Program-made: the position numbers and the translations under genes
The notes under the pieces: generated by a model
Told to the model about the DNA's origin: nothing
The model's database searches: none
Seen by the model: the letters and a program-made list of their open reading frames with translations, nothing else
Origin: a virus
Virus record (IMG/VR): IMGVR_UViG_3300046328_000506
Span: 1 to 64,000 of that record
Reading direction: 5' to 3' (one strand)
Length of the DNA stretch: 64,000 nt
In this document: piece after piece, positions 1 to 7,500 of the stretch
Layout: every line of letters begins with the position of its first letter
Position numbering within the stretch: the stretch's first letter is position 1

Positions 1-1
1 G

Positions 2-160
2 AAATTTAGAATACTTATTAGTTTTTGTTTTGGTTTATCAATAGGCTGGACAAAAAATGTAGTAGAAAATCATGCAGTAATAGCTGTCAGTGAAACTTAT
101 TCATTGATATTACCTTTTGTAAAGATTGAGTTATTTAAAGTAAATGTAACAGAATTATGA
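2..160 (+). CDS. hypothetical protein, 5'-truncated by window edge
   Basis: Open frame KFRILISFCFGLSIGW...VTEL* ending in TGA at 158-160, ATGA overlap with next gene. Confidence 0.6.
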   Translation, partial: KFRILISFCFGLSIGWTKNVVENHAVIAVSETYSLILPFVKIELFKVNVTEL

Positions 161-426
161 GAACAGATATAGAATGGGTAATTTCAGCACTAGAAGATGA
201 GTTTGATACTGACGAAAATATGTATGTGCTTTATACAAGAACCAGTGATTCTGCCGAAAAACTTGAATTAGTTTTTTACTTTGATGAAGGTACAGTTAAA
301 ATGCTATTATGGAACTCCGTAACAGATAGAGTAGATTATGAGCATAAAAATTTGTTTGAAGTAATAAAAGATAGATTTAAAACAGTAATAAGAAGATTTA
401 ACATAATTAATAACCATATAAAATAA
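157..426 (+). CDS. hypothetical phage protein (89 aa)
   Basis: ORF track; tightly packed co-oriented small genes. Confidence 0.75.
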   Translation: MRTDIEWVISALEDEFDTDENMYVLYTRTSDSAEKLELVFYFDEGTVKMLLWNSVTDRVDYEHKNLFEVIKDRFKTVIRRFNIINNHIK

Positions 427-435
427 GTTAAAAAG

Positions 436-927
436 ATGAAAAAGATAATTTTAGTAATTGCATTATTGATAGTAAGTTTAGTTAGTAATGCACAACAACT
501 TAATCCCCTTACTTTGCTAATGAGTAGGGCTGAGGGTAAAGTACAGTTAAATAAGTTAGCATTAGACCATTGTTTAACTCAGATTGAAGATATGGACAAT
601 GGAGTAAAAATTAATACAAAAGATTTATATTGGCATAAGATAAGTGATAACGGAGATAATATTATTTTTCAAGATAATTATTTATCAATTAAATATGACT
701 TTAATTATGAGGATATTATCTATAAAATAACTTTATCTTTTAAAGAAGTACCAATGGCTATTGAGAAGTTTTCTGAGTTATTGCAAGGATTTAAACTGTA
801 TGATAAAGTACATAGAGTTTATCTTTACAGAGGAGAAACTGAAGAAGATGATATATTTGTTAGGATAGTACAGCCTAATAGAATTTGTATTACAGGATAT
901 TATGAAATAAGTTCACAAGTTAAATAA
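436..927 (+). CDS. secreted/periplasmic hypothetical protein with Sec signal peptide
   Basis: N-terminus MKKIILVIALLIVSLVSNA|QQ: basic n-region, hydrophobic core, SNA cleavage site followed by Gln (Bacteroidota Q-rule). Confidence 0.8.
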   Translation: MKKIILVIALLIVSLVSNAQQLNPLTLLMSRAEGKVQLNKLALDHCLTQIEDMDNGVKINTKDLYWHKISDNGDNIIFQDNYLSIKYDFNYEDIIYKITLSFKEVPMAIEKFSELLQGFKLYDKVHRVYLYRGETEEDDIFVRIVQPNRICITGYYEISSQVK

Positions 928-937
928 AAAACCAGAT

Positions 938-1168
938 ATGACATTTTTGGAAAAAGAGGAAAAAATTAAAGAAATAAGTAGGAAGATACAACAAATTCAG
1001 TTGCAAATTAACACTTTACAAAAAGAGGTTAATGATTACAACCCTACAATTTCTTATGTAAAAACAAACTCTGTAGTAGATGCTGAAAAGCAAATACCAA
1101 AATTACAGAAACAAATTAATGAACTCTTATCTTCCAAAGATGTCATATCTCGTATTAAAGCCTATTAA
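938..1168 (+). CDS. small coiled-coil protein
   Basis: Heptad pattern IKEISRKIQQIQLQINTLQKEV...IPKLQKQINELL. Confidence 0.75.
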   Translation: MTFLEKEEKIKEISRKIQQIQLQINTLQKEVNDYNPTISYVKTNSVVDAEKQIPKLQKQINELLSSKDVISRIKAY

Positions 1169-1206
1169 CAAGTTAAAGCAAGTTAATCAAGTTAAATTTG
1201 AATAGT

Positions 1207-1425
1207 ATGTTAGGAAAATTATTAAGGAGTATTATGAAAAAAGATGACAAGGTAGCAAGTGTAGAAGTGGTTAAAATAGATTGGGTTACTGGTAAAGATA
1301 AAAGTGGCAATCATTATATTAGGAACACAAAAACAAACGAACAAATTTACTGTTTAAGTGGAAATACAGATAGAGAAAATCAACAAGAAGCAGAGAGATT
1401 GGTAAATTATTACAATAAATTATAA
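1207..1425 (+). CDS. hypothetical phage protein
   Basis: ORF track starts at TTG 1198; in-frame ATG at 1207 preferred. Confidence 0.7.
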   Translation: MLGKLLRSIMKKDDKVASVEVVKIDWVTGKDKSGNHYIRNTKTNEQIYCLSGNTDRENQQEAERLVNYYNKL

Positions 1426-1655
1426 TGAATAACATATTAAAAGTAATTAAAGATTTTTGGTCAGTAATGTGGAGAATAGATAAGACAACAGACCAATATA
1501 TAAGTTTTAGTTTGTTTGGTTCTTCTATTGGAGCTTGTCTTGTTTGTATTAATGATTATAATACATTAGGATTAACTGGATGGCTTATTGCAGCAAGTTA
1601 TTGGTTTATAGAAATAGCAAAATTAAATAATAGGGATAACAATTTAATACAATGA
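1425..1655 (+). CDS. small membrane protein (2 TM)
   Basis: Hydrophobic segments ISFSLFGSSIGACLVCI and LGLTGWLIAASYWFI; TAATG coupling. Confidence 0.7.
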   Translation: MNNILKVIKDFWSVMWRIDKTTDQYISFSLFGSSIGACLVCINDYNTLGLTGWLIAASYWFIEIAKLNNRDNNLIQ

Positions 1656-1891
1656 TAATTATGCGTAACGGAATAAAAAGTAATAATGAAGGAGTGTTCA
1701 GATTAACTGTAACAGTTCCTGTAGAAGTAGGTAATGATATAGTAGATAAGACAGTAATTGGTGCAGGTAAATTTATAGATGCGATGGAAACTAAATTAGC
1801 TGTAAAAACAATATATGGAGATTTTGAATTTCCAACAAGCTCTGAAAATGTAACATTTCAAAATCATTTTCCAAAAGTACACACAAACTAA
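1652..1891 (+). CDS. hypothetical phage protein
   Basis: ORF track; ATGA overlap with upstream gene. Confidence 0.7.
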   Translation: MIIMRNGIKSNNEGVFRLTVTVPVEVGNDIVDKTVIGAGKFIDAMETKLAVKTIYGDFEFPTSSENVTFQNHFPKVHTN

Positions 1892-1896
1892 AACTT

Positions 1897-2058
1897 ATGA
1901 ATACACCAGTAAATGCGTTCAACCCAAAAGTAGGGAAGAACCAAATAGGTATAGTAATACAAGAAACAAATACACAAGTATTAGTAAGATTTGCTTGTGG
2001 AGGAGAAACTTGGGTAGATAAGTCTACAGCTACACAACAAAGTAAACAGTATAAATAG
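1897..2058 (+). CDS. small beta-rich protein (53 aa, SH3/Tudor-like pattern)
   Basis: Hand-translated MNTPVNAFNPKVGKNQIGIVIQETNTQVLVRFACGGETWVDKSTATQQSKQYK*; fills gap, below ORF-track cutoff. Confidence 0.65.
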   Translation: MNTPVNAFNPKVGKNQIGIVIQETNTQVLVRFACGGETWVDKSTATQQSKQYK

Positions 2059-2101
2059 TTACACAATTGATTTCTAAGCATCATAAAACTTCACTACGTT
2101 T

Positions 2102-2165
2102 GTTTTAAGCTCATATTTTTTCAAAGGTATAAATGTATGTCTAAGAAAAGATGTGAGCTTAAAAC
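2102..2165 (+). repeat. 64-nt imperfect palindrome (element copy A)
   Basis: GTTTTAAGCTCATATTTTTTC pairs with GAAAAGATGTGAGCTTAAAAC (21 bp with 2 G-T), inner AGGTATA/TATGTCT stem; ends 6 nt before ATG 2172. Confidence 0.8.
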
Positions 2166-2171
2166 TTAAAT

Positions 2172-2528
2172 ATGAAAGAATTAGATATGGGTAGAGTGTA
2201 TAGTTTAATGTCTTATGATTGGGAGAGTAGTCAAGAATGGTTATTTACTCACAAGAAAAATATAAGTAACGAACATTTTAAAGTTGATGTAGATTTTCTT
2301 ATACAAAAATATAAAGACGAATATTTTGAAAGTAAGAAAGGTGGATATGTTACTGGATATGGATTAATTCACTTTATTTCAAGAAAATTACCAGAATTAG
2401 GGTACGACTCAATTAAACCTGTTTGTTACAGTTTTGATGGTGATGATATTCTTAATTTAAAAGATGAGATTGAGCAATTACAAGTAGATTATCAAATAGA
2501 GCGACAGATAAAAAGAACAAAAGAATAG
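2172..2528 (+). CDS. hypothetical phage protein (118 aa)
   Basis: ORF track. Confidence 0.75.
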   Translation: MKELDMGRVYSLMSYDWESSQEWLFTHKKNISNEHFKVDVDFLIQKYKDEYFESKKGGYVTGYGLIHFISRKLPELGYDSIKPVCYSFDGDDILNLKDEIEQLQVDYQIERQIKRTKE

Positions 2529-2531
2529 ATT

Positions 2532-2852
2532 ATGGTAAAAGAACTTATTGAACAGACATTTATAAGAGTTATTGGGACAACTGAAGTAACTTACATTAAG
2601 AAGAATAATTGGATTGAATTTACAGTTGATACAAATGATGTTAGAGATGACCTTGCAATAATTCAGTTTAAAGCAAAAGATTGGGATAGAAGTACAATAA
2701 TTATATTTGAATTGTTTTATAACATTACAAAAGATAGATTTGAATATGATGATAATGGAGATGTAATTGCGTTTAATACTTGGGAAGAGTTTAAACAAGA
2801 CATTTCAGAAATTGAGACTATAAAAAGTTATGTTGATTTAATGTATGATTAA
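2532..2852 (+). CDS. hypothetical phage protein (106 aa)
   Basis: ORF track. Confidence 0.75.
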   Translation: MVKELIEQTFIRVIGTTEVTYIKKNNWIEFTVDTNDVRDDLAIIQFKAKDWDRSTIIIFELFYNITKDRFEYDDNGDVIAFNTWEEFKQDISEIETIKSYVDLMYD

Positions 2853-3264
2853 GCAAAAAAAGAAACTTTGTAAATCTTGTGATACAGAGCAATACATATT
2901 TTCAAAAGGTTTGTGTAAAAGGTGTTCAGTTAAACCATACAAGAAAATAAAACAAGTATCAGATAAACAATTAGTTAAGATTGAGGGAAAAAAAGAAGAT
3001 ACTAAGTTAATGCTACTTGTATTTGATCAATTTTATAAAAAACATCTCATAAAGTCTTGCGAACAATGTGGTAAAAAGATTACAGAACTAAGAACTTACA
3101 ACGTTCACCATTTGTTAGAAAAGAGAAATTACCCAGAGTTTAAATTTGATACAAACAATCTAATGTTGCTTTGTGGTGATTGTCATTCTACTTATGAAAC
3201 TTCATTGAAAGGTGATAAAATAATTGAGAGGTTAAATAACTTAAAAGAAAAATATAATTTATGA
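2845..3264 (+). CDS. HNH endonuclease with Zn-binding Cys pairs
   Basis: CKSC...CKRC; CEQCG...VHHLLEK...NNLMLLCGDCH, typical HNH core. Confidence 0.8.
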   Translation: MIKQKKKLCKSCDTEQYIFSKGLCKRCSVKPYKKIKQVSDKQLVKIEGKKEDTKLMLLVFDQFYKKHLIKSCEQCGKKITELRTYNVHHLLEKRNYPEFKFDTNNLMLLCGDCHSTYETSLKGDKIIERLNNLKEKYNL

Positions 3265-3428
3265 AACTCGAATTTAAGTGGGGGATAATTTATTTTTACT
3301 TTATGTTTATATATTCTGTGTTATTAATGTTTTGTAATAGTAGTATGATATTTTTTATAGAAACAACTATACTTTTAACAATACTTACTTACATGAGTTA
3401 TTATTACGATAAATACGATTTAATATGA
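3261..3428 (+). CDS. small membrane protein (55 aa)
   Basis: Hand-translated MKLEFKWGIIYFYFMFIYSVLLMFCNSSMIFFIETTILLTILTYMSYYYDKYDLI*; ATGA overlaps at both ends. Confidence 0.65.
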   Translation: MKLEFKWGIIYFYFMFIYSVLLMFCNSSMIFFIETTILLTILTYMSYYYDKYDLI

Positions 3429-3736
3429 CATTACAAAAACAATTTAATAAAATAGCAGATAAGTACATAAAGGCATTTTCTAGGAAGCAAGATTTTGTAC
3501 TGGATTTTTGGGTGGCAGATATAATTGGTGATACTGCATTTTTTGGAGATTTATGTTTTACTTATGATAACATTAGGTTAGATGTAGATAATGATATACC
3601 AAAAGGTGAGATAATCAAATGGTATGATTTTGCCTTAGAACAACATTATACCGAGAATAAAGAAGACTTTTCACTACCTACAATAAGTTATAGGAGTTGG
3701 TTAATTAATGAAGGATTATTAAAACGAAATAATTAA
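3425..3736 (+). CDS. hypothetical phage protein (103 aa)
   Basis: ORF track; coupled to neighbours. Confidence 0.75.
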   Translation: MTLQKQFNKIADKYIKAFSRKQDFVLDFWVADIIGDTAFFGDLCFTYDNIRLDVDNDIPKGEIIKWYDFALEQHYTENKEDFSLPTISYRSWLINEGLLKRNN

Positions 3737-4329
3737 TGAAAATAAGATATAAATTTAACAAAAGTTCAGAAGCAAGAGATTGTGTTGTAGAAAGTGTAGA
3801 GTTAGAATTAATTGATACAAAAGAAGTAGAATTGACAGAAGAACAACTATTTGAAATTGATAGTAATTTTGAATGTAAATACGAATACACTTCTAACGAA
3901 ACTGTTTACGATTACGATTATGAAAAAGGAAGTGTAAGAGGAGAATACGATTTTGATTTTACACAATTTGCTGAAAAAAATCAAGAAGATTATGTGAATA
4001 GAACTATTTTAGGACATTGTACATATTATAGAAACGGACATAGTAATTTTGAAGAAAGAGATTTTAGATGTTGGGAAGAAATAACTACAACAGAAACTAA
4101 ACAATTCATATCTCAACAAGAATTAAAAGATTACATTAACACAATACAAGAACCAATGGAGTTTATAGCAGAATTTGATATAGACCAGGTTTTAATGAAA
4201 GAATGGATTGGTGAGTGGGAAACTAAACAAGTTTTAAATCAAATTTTAGGAAGAGATTATACTTATTGGGAAACAGTTTATGTTGGCTCTCCTAAACTTA
4301 ATTCAAATTGGATATTTAAAATTAAATAA
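3736..4329 (+). CDS. acidic hypothetical phage protein (197 aa)
   Basis: ORF track; TAATG coupling. Confidence 0.75.
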   Translation: MKIRYKFNKSSEARDCVVESVELELIDTKEVELTEEQLFEIDSNFECKYEYTSNETVYDYDYEKGSVRGEYDFDFTQFAEKNQEDYVNRTILGHCTYYRNGHSNFEERDFRCWEEITTTETKQFISQQELKDYINTIQEPMEFIAEFDIDQVLMKEWIGEWETKQVLNQILGRDYTYWETVYVGSPKLNSNWIFKIK

Positions 4330-4331
4330 TT

Positions 4332-4448
4332 ATGGAAACAGAATTAGAATATATTACAAGAAGGATGAATGAAGGAGTTAGTAGGAATAAAGCTGAAAGT
4401 GAATATAGGTATTTAGTAGAGCAATATTATAAAAGTTATAAAAAATAA
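4332..4448 (+). CDS. small hypothetical protein (38 aa)
   Basis: Hand-translated METELEYITRRMNEGVSRNKAESEYRYLVEQYYKSYKK*; starts 2 nt after upstream stop. Confidence 0.55.
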   Translation: METELEYITRRMNEGVSRNKAESEYRYLVEQYYKSYKK

Positions 4449-4459
4449 ATTAAACATTA

Positions 4460-4491
4460 TTTGGAATATTGAAATAAAGTTTTTACTTTTG
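4460..4491 (+). promoter_or_regulatory. Bacteroidota primary-sigma promoter (-33/-7)
   Basis: TTTG (4460-4463), 20-nt spacer, TACTTTTG (4484-4491) = TTTG-N19-21-TAnnTTTG consensus. Confidence 0.7.
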
Positions 4492-4496
4492 TAATG

Positions 4497-4585
4497 CTAA
4501 AACTAATTCATAGTAGTTGAAGTAATTTTAAATGGTTATGATAATTGATACTGAAAGGGGAGTTTATGACTCCCTTTTCTTTTTT
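4497..4585 (+). ncRNA. candidate small RNA (about 90 nt)
   Basis: Consensus promoter directly followed by an intrinsic terminator with no ORF of credible length between them. Confidence 0.45.
4553..4585 (+). terminator. intrinsic terminator at the convergence of the + early block and the - virion block
   Basis: GAAAGGGGAGT-TTATG-ACTCCCTTTTC followed by T-tract. Confidence 0.85.
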
Positions 4586-4595
4586 CTGTAATTTA

Positions 4596-7500
4596 TTACT
4601 TTCCTAACGTTGTAAAAAAATCATAAGTCTTCAACACTCCTACTGTTTTAAATAGTTTATTATTAGCATCTTTTAAATCTCCTACTACTATATCTTTTGT
4701 TATATCCATTAGTTTAGAAATGAATGAAATAGATATAAATGGATTTTTAAAAGCATCTATTGTAGTCTTAGCATTATCTATAATAAACATATCTGATATT
4801 AAAGAATCATATACACTTCTTGTCTTTTTACTTTTTTCATCATCATCTTCAAATGCTGCTTGCATTACCATAAACCCTACTGCACTTAAAGTAAATACTA
4901 ACATAGATTTTAAGTTTTCTCTGTCAGATGGTGTCATATCACTTATTTGCTCTGATGTAAGACCAAAGTATTTATTGTAGAATATACTTGCCATTCTTAC
5001 AAATGATTTGTACTGTCCATTTTCATAAGGTGTTATCCTTACAACTTCCCCATTTTTATCTTGTTTATAATATACTTCATTATCATTGTACTCTTCATCC
5101 CTAAATGCTTTCTCTGTCCTTACAAACATATACTTCCTCATCTGGGAAAATGCTTTACCTAAAAATGTAGTAGATGCAGTAGTTGCAGTTAAGTCTGTAT
5201 AACCACCCAACACTGTAGCATTTAATTTCTCATATACTAACCTACTACCAGAATCATAAGCTGATTTCATTTTAGCATTTGGATGTAAAGACTTTTCCTT
5301 TTGCTGATTTAACTTAATCTCATCTACAACCTTATCTCCCCTATTCCTTCTATCAGCTGCTTCATCATACACTAACTTATCTTTATCCCACTTGTAAGCT
5401 CCCCACGTTTTATCTTTCTTAGATTGAGCAAGTAGTATCATTAGTTTAATAAATCTATCAGCACCTAAATCTAATATAAAAGCATTTACACTTCTTAGTA
5501 ATGAAAACTTATGTGCTGAATATTGTAGAGATGTTACCATATCAAACTCATCAGCATTAAATACCCTCAACTCTGTTGCAAGCATTACAGCTTTATCAAA
5601 CTCTTTTGTCATTGATTTAAAAGCCCAATATAAATCTTCTAATGAATACTTATATTCAGGATTATTCTTCATAGCATTTGTAATTAAAGCTGCTACGTTT
5701 GATAAGAATGATTTTAAAGATGTGAAGGGAGCAAGAGCAACTGTACCAAATGTTGTAGCTGTTGTTACTACATCTATAAACTTAGCTAACTTTTGTTCCC
5801 CTGCTGTTTTAGCTGTAATCTTTTGACCAAATAATAAAGACTTTACAATTTTATCTAATACATCTTCTGTATTACTTTTAATAGCATCTTCCCCTAACTG
5901 CTTAATACCTAAGTCTATATCCATTTTATTTATCATTGCGGTTGCAGCTTTCCACATAGGGATAAGTTCTTTCATAAACTCTTGTTTATAATTTTGCAAT
6001 GTAAATATATCTAATGCTTTGACTATATCAGTTTCTACATCTGCTTGTAATGCTTCCCAACCGTCTATCACATAATCACCATTAAAATCCAACCCTACTT
6101 TTTCATTAAATAATTCGTTAGAAGTTTGGTATGAGAAGTAATCTGGTATCTTTGTAAAATCTTCTGGTTTATTTTCATAATATGTATTGAGATTTAAGAA
6201 GTTATCAAGTAGCTTTTTTGATGCAACTCCAGTTAAAGATGTTTCCCCTGTATTAAATAGCTTTGATGATACAGTAGATTTAACTATTGGAATAGCACCT
6301 AACCCAAATGAACTCTTATTGTACCATTCTTCAATAGCTTCTTCCCACTCTATACCAGTCTTATCTTGTGGTTTTGGATTATTTAGTTTATAGTTAGCAA
6401 TTACAGTATCTTTTACGTGTTTTTTGATATACGCAATAGTATCTTTTTCAGCTTTTGTTAAATCTTTATCTGTCTCAGGTTTGAGTTTAAATGTGTTTAC
6501 TTTAACCTTAGTTGTATTACCATTCTTATCTGTATAATTTACTTCTTTATAAACATACAAATTATCAAAGTATTTAGTTGTATCATTTAATACCCTTGAA
6601 GTTAGAACTGCTGTAGGATTACGCACTTCATAATCTTTAATCAATGCTTCAAACACATCAAGCATACCACCCTTTTCATTAACCTTACCATTATAACCTT
6701 TGTAATCCTTTAACCATTTTTCTGTTAGATTAAACCTTCTTGATTCAAATCCTTTTAACCACCATGCAACGTATTTGTTAGATACAGAGAGAAACGAAGT
6801 GTACCACTTTTCAATACTACCTAAGTTTTTGTGAGCATTTAAAGTATGTTCATATCCACTATCTATTGAACGTAACGATTCAGATAAAAGAATAAACTCC
6901 TTACTTTGTTTTTGGTCAGCATCACTTAATTCTCTACTTAGGTATTCTAATCTCCTTTTTATAGTATTCCTTAATTTTTCTATATGAGATATATCTTTTG
7001 GGGAAGTTATATAGTTATCTAATTCTTCCCTTAATCCTGCGGGGTATGTGTAATTCTCAGTATTAAAATCTTCATAAGTATCTTTAAGTAATTGTAAATA
7101 AGACGATTGATAACTTATAGAACTAAATAATTTATCATCTTCCAATGTATCTAACAATATAGATTTTAAATCCTTTGTTTGAGATAGTTGCTCATTTACA
7201 GCATTTATTTTCCTTAAATATTTAAGTGTTTTTAATTCTTTCGCTGTATCAGTTGTAACGGGTGTATTTGCAAATACTTTTTTATCAAACTTACCAACTC
7301 CTACTTTTTGTACTTTACCACCATTCTTTGTAATAAACATAGAGATTAAAGTAGCTTGTAATGAGTTTAAGTCTTGATTAGAGTTTGAAGTATTTACATT
7401 ACTTGCACCAGCCAATGTACTCTTGCCAGCTAAACCGCCAAATATAGTTTCTTCCTTCTCCCCATTCCTCACACCTAAGTTTGTAATGTTTATTACCGTA

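Noticed and set aside
1791-3890. - strand ORFs at 1791-2084, 2478-2798 and 3705-3890
   Set aside because: Antisense to a tightly coupled + strand gene array
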